The notes beneath the pieces were generated by a model. That model searched no databases. It saw only the letters and a program-made list of their open reading frames with translations, and was not told the origin of the DNA. The position numbers were made by a program, and so were the translations under genes. From an uncultured Bacteroidaceae bacterium (GTDB lineage: Bacteria; Bacillota; Clostridia; Christensenellales; CAG-917), in assembly GCA_964550635.1 (NCBI GenBank), contig CAZJZV010000008.1:691-64690 (forward strand): a DNA stretch of 64,000 bases, written 5' to 3'. Every line of letters starts with the position of its first letter. Position 1 is the stretch's first letter. This document shows, one piece after another, positions 22,592-32,154 of the stretch.

Positions 22592-23292
22592 TGGCTTTCT
22601 CCAAGTTTTGCGACGAAACTTTCGGACTTGTAGGGTTGCACGAAAATCTCTTTTCCCGCAAGCATCAGGAGCATTACGTCCTTTTGTTCGTATCCCTTTT
22701 CGGACAGAGTTTCAAGCACTTGCGTTTTGGTCGCGCCGTCCGTTTCGGATAGGCTCTGTCCCATGAACTTTCCTTCCATAATAAGTGCAACCGGCAATTC
22801 CGCTTTTTCGGGTTGCATTCCCGCACTTTCGGGGGTGAGCGGTTGGCATTCCGATTTCAAAAGCACCGTCATCGAGCCGTTCGTTTCGATGATTGCGTAT
22901 TCCACTTCGGACGGATTGAAACAGTCCTTTCCGCGCAGCGCTTCCATAAGGTCGTCTATATCCATATTCAATTCTTTCATGACGTCGGGGAGTATGTTGC
23001 CCTGTTTTATGACGATGACGGGTTTGCCGTTGAGAATTTTCCGAAATCGTATGCTCTTCGCCGCAAATTTCGTGATGAGTATATGCACGAGAAATAGCGT
23101 GAATACGGGAATTATGCCGTAGAGTAGCGGCATAGTCGGGTCGCTCATAGGCAGACAGACAAGGTCGCTTGCGACAAGGGTGATTGCAAACTCAAACGGT
23201 TGCAATTCTCCTAGTTGTCGTTTCCCCATAAGGCGCATTGCGATGAGCAGAAATGCGTATAGGATGATACTTCTGATGAAAATATTTAGCAT
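22588..23292 (-). CDS. DUF421 (YetF-like) membrane protein
   Basis: From ATG 23292: MLNIFIRSIILYAFLLIAMRLMGKRQLGELQPFEFAITLVASDL, the typical YetF/YdfS N-terminus. Confidence 0.7.
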   Translation of the reverse strand: MLNIFIRSIILYAFLLIAMRLMGKRQLGELQPFEFAITLVASDLVCLPMSDPTMPLLYGIIPVFTLFLVHILITKFAAKSIRFRKILNGKPVIVIKQGNILPDVMKELNMDIDDLMEALRGKDCFNPSEVEYAIIETNGSMTVLLKSECQPLTPESAGMQPEKAELPVALIMEGKFMGQSLSETDGATKTQVLETLSEKGYEQKDVMLLMLAGKEIFVQPYKSESFVAKLGESQ

Positions 23293-23520
23293 ACGGATAG
23301 TTTTCTCTGCGCCCGCGGTTTTATGCGACAAAGAAAACTCTTTGCGAATTAAAAGATAAAAATCGATTTTGCCTACACAAACGGAAACGCAAAATAAAAC
23401 CGCGTGCTTGTTTTCGTAATACGAAAAAAACACAGTCCATTTTCGGGCTGTGCTTTGGACTGATTAAATTTTCACTGTGTTGTCATAAAACCAAAACACC
23501 GCGTGCTTTTCACGTGCGGG

Positions 23521-24879
23521 CTAGTCGAGAGTATAGTTGCCCCTTTTCAGTTTGATTTCCTTTTCGGTGCCGTCGGGGTAGATAAGCGTCAAGTCTTTTG
23601 CCGTCTTTGAATTTTTCCAAATGCCGACAATCTTGCAACCCTTTTCAAACACGATTTCACTTCCGTCGCTATTCTTGTGAGTGACGGTTTTCGGGAAATA
23701 AAGAGTTCCTTTGCCGCCGCCTAAATCGTCGTTATGCCAACAACCCGTGTAGTAACTGCCGTCAGGATAATACATTGAGGAAAAACCACCGCGTTTGCCT
23801 TTGTATAGTTGCCCAACGTACTTGCCTTCGGGGTATTCGAGAGTCACGACGGAGGTGACTAGTACTTTTTTATTCTTTTTGACGAAATCGGCGGCGTTTA
23901 CCGCGGGCGCGGTTTTTGCGGTGCCTGCGGATTTCTTCTTGTTTTTCGTCGGGATTTCGTTTTCGGGGAACGGCTTGTCCGCTTCAATCGGTTCGCCAAG
24001 ACTAATTCGGTTGCCGTTTTCGTCGAATACGGCGGTGCGTTTCAGACCGTTCGGGAAATACCACACGCCCGTGCCTTTGGTTATATCGTGATCCCAAGTG
24101 CCGACGAAACGCTTGCCGTTTTTGTAGATCATCGTGCCGTTGCCGTGGATGCAGTCGTTGTCAAACGTGCCTTCGTAGTATCTGCCGTCGCCGAGATAGA
24201 AGATGCCTTTGCCCTGCTTTTTGCCGTTCTTTATCGAGCCGATATAGGTGCCGCCGTCGGAGTAGCGGATGCTTATCGAAGACGCGGCGATGGGTTTTCC
24301 GTTGTAATCGTAATAGGCGGGGTTGGAGATGGGTTTGTCGTCTTTATACTCCAAAACGTATTTGATTTTGAGATAGGGCAGATAGGCTGTGACGGTGCCC
24401 TGCAGTTTGTCGTCCACAAAAGTGCCGACTTCTTTGTTGCCGGTGTTCAGGTTTATGGTCGCTTCGCCGTTCAATTTGCCGTGAATCCACGTGCCTTCTT
24501 CCGAAGTGCCGTTGGGAAAGCGCAGTTTGCCTTTGCCGTGCGGGCAAAAGTTTTGGTCCCACTCTCCGTAATGTATGCAACCGTCGGAGTAATAGTAGGT
24601 GCCTTTGACGAAGTTGTGGTATCTGAATTCCCCTTCGCATCGTCCGCCGTCCGCGAAAAACATAGTGCCTTTGCCGTGTCTCTCGTTGTTCACCCATTCG
24701 CCTTCGTACCTATTGCCGTCGGCGTTGTAGTAGGTGCCGTGTCCGTGGAAATTTCCGTTTTTCCACCAACCGATATACGTGTTTCCGTTTGAGTAGTGGA
24801 AAGTACCTTCTCCGTCAGGGAGGCCGCCGAGCGACACGTCGCCGTCGTAATAGCCGTAATCAAGTTGAATGAAAGCCAT
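23521..24879 (-). CDS. MORN repeat-containing protein
   Basis: Many YxGxWxxGxxHGxG-type repeats, e.g. YIGWWKNGNFHGHGTYY and YEGEWVNNERHGKGTMFF. Two repeat blocks are separated by a Lys/Ala-rich linker. 452 aa. Confidence 0.8.
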   Translation of the reverse strand: MAFIQLDYGYYDGDVSLGGLPDGEGTFHYSNGNTYIGWWKNGNFHGHGTYYNADGNRYEGEWVNNERHGKGTMFFADGGRCEGEFRYHNFVKGTYYYSDGCIHYGEWDQNFCPHGKGKLRFPNGTSEEGTWIHGKLNGEATINLNTGNKEVGTFVDDKLQGTVTAYLPYLKIKYVLEYKDDKPISNPAYYDYNGKPIAASSISIRYSDGGTYIGSIKNGKKQGKGIFYLGDGRYYEGTFDNDCIHGNGTMIYKNGKRFVGTWDHDITKGTGVWYFPNGLKRTAVFDENGNRISLGEPIEADKPFPENEIPTKNKKKSAGTAKTAPAVNAADFVKKNKKVLVTSVVTLEYPEGKYVGQLYKGKRGGFSSMYYPDGSYYTGCWHNDDLGGGKGTLYFPKTVTHKNSDGSEIVFEKGCKIVGIWKNSKTAKDLTLIYPDGTEKEIKLKRGNYTLD

Positions 24880-24927
24880 AATTTTGCTCCTTTATTGCAA
24901 TAGGCAAATTATAGCACAACCGCACGA

Positions 24928-26433
24928 CTAATGCAATAAGCGTTTCGACCGAGTTTTGTTGCGGACGAGAGACACGATTGTCTTGAAATCAATCACGTTG
25001 AATGCGGACGCAAATATGATGAAGAAGAATATCTCGTAAAACGCAGTGAGCACCATTGACAGACTCTCTCCTGTATAGCGAGAAAGTATGCCGTGAGTGA
25101 AGTAACCGAGAAGTCCCAAGGGTAGCGAAAACGCTATCGTCCCCAAACTCCTGCCGATACCCTCGAATTTGCCCAGTCGCTTTTTCAGAGTTAGCACGTT
25201 CATGACCGCCGTGACCGTAAACGCGAGGAAACTGCCTATCGCCATAGCGTACACACCGACGACGGACGGCAGGAAGAAAATGCAGGGTAGCATGGCAACG
25301 ACGCCCGCGATATAATTCACGAAAGTTCTTTTTTCAAGCCCCAAGGAATTCATGACGGGAGTGGTTGCGTTTGCGATTGCGATAGGGAAAATCAGGGCGG
25401 AGCATACCGACACGTAAGTCCCCGCGCCGACGTCCCCGAAGAAGAGTTTTCCGAGTATTTCACCAAAGGGAAGATAGAGAATGAAGAACAACGACGAAAT
25501 CACTGCAGAGAACACAATCGTGACTTTAAGTTTCGATTTCACCATATCAAACTCTCGTTTTGCGGATAACGTGGCAATGTCTGGGATGAGCACGACTGAC
25601 AGTGCGGAGATTATCGTGATAGGCGCCATGATGAGCGGAAGAGCCATTCCCGACACCCTGCCAAACTCCGCCGTCGCAAGACTTTCGCTCATTCCGCCCG
25701 CTACGAGTCTGCGGGGTATGACGAGTGCGGTTAGCGACGACGATAGAGAAGTCAGTATCCGCATAGACGATAGCGGTATGGTTGCGGTGATTATCTCTCT
25801 CGTGCCCTGCGGTTTTGTCAGTCGTCCGCCCGACGTAAAGAAAAGCACTATCAGGACGAGTACGCAAAGTAGGTCGCTCAACGTGAATGCAAGCGCAACC
25901 CCTTTTGCGCCCGTAAGTCCCGAAACGAGTCCGCTCGTGAAAATCACTGCAAGCACGATTTTGCCTATCTCGTCGACAAGCTCCGTAGATGAAAAACTCA
26001 GAAATTTTTTCCGTCCCCAAAACCAACTCCGCAAGGATGAATATACGCTCGAAGTAACAAGGGTGGGGAGCATAACGAGAAAAATCGGCAAGCACCTTTC
26101 GTCTGAAAACAGGAAGCCTAATCGCGAGTGCAACGAGTAGAATAAAACCGTCAGAAAAACCGACGTGCATACTCCTAAAATCAGGGATGCGGTGAGAAGT
26201 GCGTTTTGCCTTTTCTTATCCCCGTCCGCTTCCGCAATCTTTCGAGATAGGACGGTGGGCGCGCCCGCAGACAGAGAAAAGAGCAGTAGTAGCACGCTCA
26301 AACTGATTTGATATAGCCCGACGATTTCCGCGCCAAGCGACCGCGACATCCACATCTTGAAGAGAAAGGATAGAAAACGCGTCAACGTCGAAAAAATGGT
26401 TACGGTCAGAAATGATTTCAGAGTATCGTTCAT
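24928..26433 (-). CDS. MOP-superfamily polysaccharide/lipid II flippase (SpoVB/MurJ-like)
   Basis: About 500 aa with about 14 TM helices. The N-terminus (TRFLSFLFKMWMSRSLGAEIVGLYQISLSVLLLL...VLSRKIAEA) matches the SpoVB-type pattern. Start taken at ATG 26433. Confidence 0.7.
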   Translation of the reverse strand: MNDTLKSFLTVTIFSTLTRFLSFLFKMWMSRSLGAEIVGLYQISLSVLLLLFSLSAGAPTVLSRKIAEADGDKKRQNALLTASLILGVCTSVFLTVLFYSLHSRLGFLFSDERCLPIFLVMLPTLVTSSVYSSLRSWFWGRKKFLSFSSTELVDEIGKIVLAVIFTSGLVSGLTGAKGVALAFTLSDLLCVLVLIVLFFTSGGRLTKPQGTREIITATIPLSSMRILTSLSSSLTALVIPRRLVAGGMSESLATAEFGRVSGMALPLIMAPITIISALSVVLIPDIATLSAKREFDMVKSKLKVTIVFSAVISSLFFILYLPFGEILGKLFFGDVGAGTYVSVCSALIFPIAIANATTPVMNSLGLEKRTFVNYIAGVVAMLPCIFFLPSVVGVYAMAIGSFLAFTVTAVMNVLTLKKRLGKFEGIGRSLGTIAFSLPLGLLGYFTHGILSRYTGESLSMVLTAFYEIFFFIIFASAFNVIDFKTIVSLVRNKTRSKRLLH

Positions 26434-26692
26434 AAAATACCTTATGCGAAACGAGAATTTTGATGAGAAAAAGTGCGGATTTTTTGTGAGTCGCAACCGT
26501 GATAATTTGTCGTCACCGAAAATTTTTCGGCAAAATCGGGGGTGTTTTTCTGAAATTCAGGCGGTTAGATTATCGATTGCACTCTTCCACCCCGTGCGCG
26601 CAAAAAAAATGTAAATTCAAAATAATTAACTATTGAAATATCAAAAAAGGTGTGCTAAAATATATTCAATAAATCTTTTCAAGGAGAGAATT

Positions 26693-27955
26693 ATGAGAGA
26701 TCTATCTAAAATCATCGAACAAAAAGATGCCCATGCAGATTATATGATCAGCGAAATCGCACATATCTGCAAGGACATGCCGAAACGTAGTCCCGGTTCG
26801 GAAGGCGAGAAAATTGCTTGCGAATATATGGCAGGCGTTCTCAAAGATCAATGCGGTTGCGAACGCTCCGACGTTGAACACTACAAGGAAAACCCCGGCT
26901 CCTTCTTCGGATGGATTTATATCACGCTCACCTGCGCGATTCTTGCCACGGTATCCTTCTTCTTCGTCCCTATCGTAGGCGTCATTCTTCTTGCATTCGG
27001 TTTCCTTACCATGATCTTGCAATTCGGTCTTTACAAGAAATTCGTTGACTTCCTCTTCCCCGAAAAGGAAGGCTCCAACGTCACCGCCGTCAAGAAATGC
27101 ACCGGCGAAGTCAAAGGCAGAGTTTTCTTCAACGGTCACCCCGACGCAGCGTGGAACTGGCCCGTCAACTGCAAGTTCGGCGGCGCAGTCTATGAAGCGC
27201 ATATCATCATCTCCGTTGTCGGCGCACTCCTTCAATTCGCATGCTGCATCGCGGCATCCGTCATCACTGCTTGCAAACCCGGTATCGCAAGTGCGGCTGC
27301 ATACGGTCCTCTCTTCTGGGTTGGCGTAGCATCCCTTATCTTCATCCCCTTCGAAATCGGTATGTACTTCATGTGGGATGAAAAGACCATCGTCGACGGC
27401 GCAAACGACAACCTTACCGCTTGCCTTATCTCTATTGCAATCCTTAAGGCACTCCACGACGAAGGCATCGTCCTCGAACACACCGAAGTCGGCGTCATCC
27501 TCACCGGTTCCGAAGAAGCAGGTCTCCGCGGTGCGAAAGCATGGTGCGAAGCACACAAAGGCGAATTCGACGACGTTCCCACTTGGATCTATTCCTTCGA
27601 TACCATTCACGATCCGAAGTTCCTCATGGTCAACTATCGCGACTTGAACGGCACCGTCAAAGCGGACAAAGAAGTTTCCGACTCCTTCATGGAAGCGGCA
27701 AATCAACTCGGCATCCACTGCAACAAGGGTATGGTTCCTCCTTTCGGCGGAGCAACCGACAGTGCAGCGTTTGCACAAGCAGGTTTCCGTGCGACCGGCG
27801 TCACCGGACTCAACCACGTTCTCGAAAACTACTATCACACCATTCACGACACTTACGACAACCTCAACAAACAAGGTCTTGCAGACTGCTTTGCAATCGC
27901 AGTGAAGTGTCTTGAAAACTTCGACAACCGTATCGAAAAAGGCGAAATCAAATAA
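26693..27955 (+). CDS. M28 family metallopeptidase with internal membrane segments
   Basis: ATG 26693 follows AAGGAGAG. It has TGSEEAGLRGAKAW (M28 metal/catalytic motif) and HTIHDTYDNL. Confidence 0.65.
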   Translation: MRDLSKIIEQKDAHADYMISEIAHICKDMPKRSPGSEGEKIACEYMAGVLKDQCGCERSDVEHYKENPGSFFGWIYITLTCAILATVSFFFVPIVGVILLAFGFLTMILQFGLYKKFVDFLFPEKEGSNVTAVKKCTGEVKGRVFFNGHPDAAWNWPVNCKFGGAVYEAHIIISVVGALLQFACCIAASVITACKPGIASAAAYGPLFWVGVASLIFIPFEIGMYFMWDEKTIVDGANDNLTACLISIAILKALHDEGIVLEHTEVGVILTGSEEAGLRGAKAWCEAHKGEFDDVPTWIYSFDTIHDPKFLMVNYRDLNGTVKADKEVSDSFMEAANQLGIHCNKGMVPPFGGATDSAAFAQAGFRATGVTGLNHVLENYYHTIHDTYDNLNKQGLADCFAIAVKCLENFDNRIEKGEIK

Positions 27956-27978
27956 TTCCGTCAAACAAAAGCCGAAAG

Positions 27979-28007
27979 TCCCTTGGCAATCGCCAAGGGA
28001 TTTTTTT
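27979..28007 (+). terminator. rho-independent terminator of the M28 peptidase gene
   Basis: Stem TCCCTTGGC / GCCAAGGGA with loop AATC, followed by TTTTTTT. Confidence 0.8.
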
Positions 28008-28045
28008 ATTCTTGAAAACGAAACGTTACACGTTTTCTGTCAAAG

Positions 28046-28103
28046 TGCGGTTTGGGGACGGAGCAAAAATACGCACAACTGCGGTTTGGGGACGGAGCAA
28101 AAA
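28046..28103 (+). promoter_or_regulatory. perfect 24-nt direct repeat pair (candidate operator) upstream of the AbrB-like/ABC operon
   Basis: TGCGGTTTGGGGACGGAGCAAAAA occurs at 28046-28069 and again at 28080-28103 (34-bp period). The pair lies between a terminator and the AbrB-like gene start (28180). Confidence 0.45.
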
Positions 28104-28179
28104 GCGGTTGGCAATATTTTTAATTGACAAGAGCGGTGGGAAAAGTTATACTTGTTATACTGAAATGCGGAGGTGCGTT

Positions 28180-28407
28180 ATGCAAGGACCTGACGGTAGG
28201 CATCTTTTCGGCGTGGTGAAAGTCGGCGAAAAAGGACAAATTGTTATCCCGAAAGAAGCAAGAGATTTGTTTGGCATCAAACCCGGCTCTTCCCTTATGG
28301 TCGCGGCGGACAAGAACGGTATCGCCCTTTTCCACGAAGACGGGGAGATTTTCAAAGCGTTTTGTGCGGTGCTTGGGGGCGCGTATGGTGAAAATAAAAA
28401 CGATTGA
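28180..28407 (+). CDS. AbrB/MazE/SpoVT family DNA-binding protein
   Basis: ATG 28180 follows GGAGGTG. VKVGEKGQIVIPKEARDLFGIKPGSSLMV is the swapped-hairpin SpoVT-AbrB motif. About 75 aa. Confidence 0.75.
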   Translation: MQGPDGRHLFGVVKVGEKGQIVIPKEARDLFGIKPGSSLMVAADKNGIALFHEDGEIFKAFCAVLGGAYGENKND

Positions 28408-29104
28408 CCTGACGAAAACATACAAGGATAAGACAGTCGTCGACCGACTCAATCTTGAGATCTGGGACGGGGAAGTTTTCGCTTTGCTCGGACCAAACGG
28501 AGCGGGGAAAACTACGACCATAAAGATGCTTTGCGGGTTGACGGAGTCGACGTCGGGGGATGCGGAGTTGTGCGGATTTAGCGTGAGTCGCGAGCCTATC
28601 GAAGTCAAAAAGCGGATAGGGGTGTCCCCGCAGGAAACGGCGGTTGCAAAGAACCTGACCGCTATCGAAAATCTCGAAATGATTGCGGATATGACGGGCA
28701 AGTCTAAAAATGACGTGCGCGTGATATACGAGAAATTCCGTCTTGACTCACAGGGCAAGAAACTCGCAAAAAAATTGTCGGGCGGTTGGCAACGTATATT
28801 GTCAATTGCAATGGCGGTTTTGCCGGACCCTGAAATCGTCTTTCTCGACGAACCTACGCTCGGACTGGATATCGAAGCAAGGCGCGACCTTTGGGACGTC
28901 ATTACGGATATGAAAAAAACAAAAACCGTCGTGCTCACTACGCACTATCTCGAAGAAACGTATGCACTAGCGGATAGGATAGGCATCATCAAGGACGGCA
29001 AACTCATAGAGCTTGGCACGGGCGCGGAACTTATGGAAAAATACGGAGAAAACGGCTCGTCTTTCGACGACGTATATCTGAAAATCGTGCGGGGTGAAAA
29101 ATGA
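28385..29104 (+). CDS. ABC transporter ATP-binding protein
   Basis: Walker A GPNGAGKTT, signature LSGGWQR, Walker B VFLDEPT. Its start overlaps the AbrB-like gene by 23 nt. Confidence 0.9.
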   Translation: MVKIKTIDLTKTYKDKTVVDRLNLEIWDGEVFALLGPNGAGKTTTIKMLCGLTESTSGDAELCGFSVSREPIEVKKRIGVSPQETAVAKNLTAIENLEMIADMTGKSKNDVRVIYEKFRLDSQGKKLAKKLSGGWQRILSIAMAVLPDPEIVFLDEPTLGLDIEARRDLWDVITDMKKTKTVVLTTHYLEETYALADRIGIIKDGKLIELGTGAELMEKYGENGSSFDDVYLKIVRGEK

Positions 29105-29832
29105 ATTTCAAAGGCTTGCTCAAAAGAAATCTGATTGAATCCATGCGCGATCCGGTGACAATACTTCTTGCGTTGTGTTTCCCGGTGTTTTTGTTGATAT
29201 TGTTCTTCGCAATCGACAAGTCCGTCGATATGGATATATTGACCTTTTCACCCGCAGAGTTGACTCCCGGCGTCGTCGTATTCGGATATTCTATGCTCAT
29301 GATGACCGAAGGAAATCTGATATGCGCCGACCGCACGTCGTCGTTGTTTTCGCGGTTTCGCACTTTGCCTATGCGGACGATTGACTACGTGATAGCGTAC
29401 GCGCTACCTTTTCTTGCAATGGCTGTAGGGCAGTACGTCGTAACCTATGCGATAGCGTTTTGTTTCGGGCTTTGCTGGACTCCGCACGTATTCACGACTT
29501 TTCTATTGCTATTTCCGATAGCAATAATTTTCGTATCTCTCGGAATGCTCATGGGATTCACTTTGAATGCAGGGCAACTTGTCGGAATAGGCAACGGACT
29601 CATCACGGTGATTGCTATTTTGTCGGGTGCTTGGTTTCCTGTTGACGTCGTCGGCGGAGCGTTTGAAATCATCGCAACCGTATTTCCGTTTTACGATGCG
29701 GTCGCACTTTCAAGAGCGTTATTGCAGGGCGCGGAGTTTGAATGGTATCGGCTCTATATTCTTATCGCATACGCGGTCGCCCTTCCGACTCTATCCGTTT
29801 TCGTGACCGCAAGGCGACTTAAAAAGGCGTAA
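29101..29832 (+). CDS. ABC-2 type transporter permease
   Basis: 243 aa with about 6 TM helices. Its ATG overlaps the ATPase stop (ATGA). Confidence 0.75.
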   Translation: MNFKGLLKRNLIESMRDPVTILLALCFPVFLLILFFAIDKSVDMDILTFSPAELTPGVVVFGYSMLMMTEGNLICADRTSSLFSRFRTLPMRTIDYVIAYALPFLAMAVGQYVVTYAIAFCFGLCWTPHVFTTFLLLFPIAIIFVSLGMLMGFTLNAGQLVGIGNGLITVIAILSGAWFPVDVVGGAFEIIATVFPFYDAVALSRALLQGAEFEWYRLYILIAYAVALPTLSVFVTARRLKKA

Positions 29833-29881
29833 AGAGTTCATTTGCGTTGACTACTAATTCAAGGAATGGTACAATCGAAAT

Positions 29882-30358
29882 ATGAAAATTTTGTTCGTAT
29901 GTTCATCAAACGTGTGTCGCAGTCCGTACTGCGAATTTATGCTCCGTCGCATGGTCGCGGAGGACGACGTCCTTTCGCGCGCAGGGATAGAAATCTCGTC
30001 GTCGGCGGTGCTCAACCATAGCAAAGAAATCTTCCCCAAAGCAGTTGTTGCTCTCAAAAACGAAGGGTTTAGCGAAGAAGAATTGCTCCGCCACAAACCG
30101 TCGCACAAGTCGAACGCAAGGGATAGATTTGAAGAAGCGGATATCATCATCGGTATGTCGCGCTTTCACAAATTGCTCACTCCCGCAAGTTGCAGGAGCA
30201 AGTATATCACCCTGTCCGAAGTCGCGGAAGGTAAGTATACTCCGATCCCCGACCCGTGGCTCAAAACGTCGCAAGCGGATTACGACAAGTCAATGGCAGT
30301 CTTGAAGAGGTATCTCGACGAGTATTTCGTCAAACTCAAGGCGCAATTCGCAAAATAA
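29882..30358 (+). CDS. low-molecular-weight protein tyrosine/arginine phosphatase family protein
   Basis: N-terminal CX5R(S) P-loop (ILFVCSSNVCRSP) and a DP general-acid motif (IPDPW). 158 aa. Confidence 0.8.
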   Translation: MKILFVCSSNVCRSPYCEFMLRRMVAEDDVLSRAGIEISSSAVLNHSKEIFPKAVVALKNEGFSEEELLRHKPSHKSNARDRFEEADIIIGMSRFHKLLTPASCRSKYITLSEVAEGKYTPIPDPWLKTSQADYDKSMAVLKRYLDEYFVKLKAQFAK

Positions 30359-30398
30359 CAAAAACCGCTTTTATCTGTCGAAAATAGGTCGTTAAACT

Positions 30399-31187
30399 AT
30401 GGTTATTGATTTTCACACACATATTTTCCCCGATGCGCTTGCTCCGCGTGCATACGCTTCTCTCACCGCAAACGCAAAGGGTTTGTACACTCCGTCCCAC
30501 GATTTGACTAGGGACGGTTTGCTATCGTTTATGGAGAAGTCGGGCGTCGATAAGTCCGTCGTCCTTCCCGTGCTTACAAAAAGAGAACAGGTCTTCAAAA
30601 CGAACGAATGGGCGCGCTCTCTCGAGTCGGATAAGATCGTTCCTTTCGGGGGTGTCTATCCGTCCGAGCATTACAAGGAAGATATCGACTTCGTTTGCTC
30701 TCTCGGTTTCAAAGGCATAAAACTCCATGCGGAATATCAACGCTTTGTTTGCGATAGCGACGATATGCTCCGTTTCTACGACTACGCTTTTTCAAAGGGC
30801 TTGATCATCGTCCAACACGCAGGCTACGATCCCATATCCGTCGGCGAGTTGAACACGTCCCCGAAAAGATTCGCACACGTCGCAGAAGAGTTGCGCGGTG
30901 GCGTAATGGTTTGCGCTCACTTCGGCGGTCAGAGTCAATGGGATGACGTCGAGAAGTATTTGGCAGGCTCGAACGTCTATCTCGATACGTCTATGGGCAC
31001 GGAATACTACGGCGAAGAAAAATTCAAATCAATCGTCGAAAAACACGGCGCGGACAAGATTTTGTTCGGATCGGATTCCCCTTGGAGCGACGCAGGCAAA
31101 GAGATTGTCAACCTTAAATCTATGCTTTCCGCGGACGATCAAGAAAAGGTATTCCACCAAAACGCGGAGAGAATATTAGGTTTATAA
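30399..31187 (+). CDS. amidohydrolase-2 family metal-dependent hydrolase (TIM barrel)
   Basis: N-terminal IDFHTHIFPD metal-binding motif. 262 aa, with a C-terminal GSDSPW motif. Confidence 0.7.
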   Translation: MVIDFHTHIFPDALAPRAYASLTANAKGLYTPSHDLTRDGLLSFMEKSGVDKSVVLPVLTKREQVFKTNEWARSLESDKIVPFGGVYPSEHYKEDIDFVCSLGFKGIKLHAEYQRFVCDSDDMLRFYDYAFSKGLIIVQHAGYDPISVGELNTSPKRFAHVAEELRGGVMVCAHFGGQSQWDDVEKYLAGSNVYLDTSMGTEYYGEEKFKSIVEKHGADKILFGSDSPWSDAGKEIVNLKSMLSADDQEKVFHQNAERILGL

Positions 31188-31204
31188 TTACAAATAATAA
31201 CCAT

Positions 31205-31525
31205 ATGAGTTTCTATGATCTCGTCTACGAGCAGGTGAAGAAAATTCCGAAAGGCAAAGTCGCAACCTACGGTCAAATCGCATGCATGTGCGGCTCCCCC
31301 AAAGCGTCGCGCGCAGTCGGCTACGCCCTGCACTCAAATCCCGATCCCGAACATATCCCTTGTTATAGGGTAGTGAACCGCTACGGCGCGCTTGCCCAAA
31401 AATTCGCCTTCGGCGGCGCGGAAGCCCAAGCCGACCTTCTCCGCACCGACGGCATCGAAGTCTCCACCCGCCTCGACAACGGCATTCTCACGTATTACGT
31501 CGACCTGAATCGCTATCGATTTTAA
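31205..31525 (+). CDS. MGMT-family DNA-binding domain protein (methylated-DNA--protein-cysteine methyltransferase C-terminal domain only)
   Basis: 106 aa. KIPKGKVATYGQIA...SRAVGYAL...IPCYRVV corresponds to the PCHRV active-site region, with His replaced by Tyr. Confidence 0.7.
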   Translation: MSFYDLVYEQVKKIPKGKVATYGQIACMCGSPKASRAVGYALHSNPDPEHIPCYRVVNRYGALAQKFAFGGAEAQADLLRTDGIEVSTRLDNGILTYYVDLNRYRF

Positions 31526-32154
31526 TAAGAAAATTAATATTTTCCACGTTTTCTTATTTTTTAGCAAATGCGCATTTTGAATATTGGCGCATATTTTGTG
31601 TATAAAATTGGTGAAAATATATAATTTGAAAATATTTGCGTATAAAAATCCGATTCTGCGGAGAAAATAAAAATTTATTAAAAATTTTAATTTTAGGTAT
31701 TGAGTTTTTTAATTCGCTGTGCTATTATTATAGAAACGAAGAAATTCGTTTATGGACCAACGAGCGCATTTATCGCGCTTGAAACACACCACTGCCACCG
31801 TGTTTGGCAAAACAAATCCGATGTGTTCGAGATAGAATGCATCGTTCCATCAGTGAGGGGACAATGGAAAGCACGACGAAAAAATATCGTCTGCAAAATT
31901 TTGACAAAAAAGTTAAAGTTACGTCGTCTATTTCTACGACGTGAGATTTATCGGGCGACCCGAGAGGAAATGTTTCTGCCCGAAAACCAAAAAGAAGTCA
32001 ACTCAATAACAACTATCGCCCACGTTCTCGGCGCATTTCTTGCGTTGTTTTGAACGATAGCGAAACGCGTGTATCGCATATAAGCGCCTAATGCGCACGC
32101 GAGCGCACATATAAGAGGCGCACAAAACCGAATATACAACAAGGAGATATATCA

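Noticed and set aside
26702-27964. 420-aa minus-strand ORF
   Set aside because: It is a shadow of the M28 peptidase gene, which has clear catalytic motifs and an RBS on the plus strand.
28046-28103. Possible CRISPR array
   Set aside because: There are only two repeat copies with a 10-nt spacer and no cas genes. This is better explained as an operator-like direct repeat.
31700-32053. 117-aa TTG-initiated ORF in the leader of the ESCRT-like operon
   Set aside because: It has no RBS, a non-ATG start, an Arg/Lys/Cys/Ile-rich sequence and no recognisable domain. I treat the region as non-coding leader or RNA instead.
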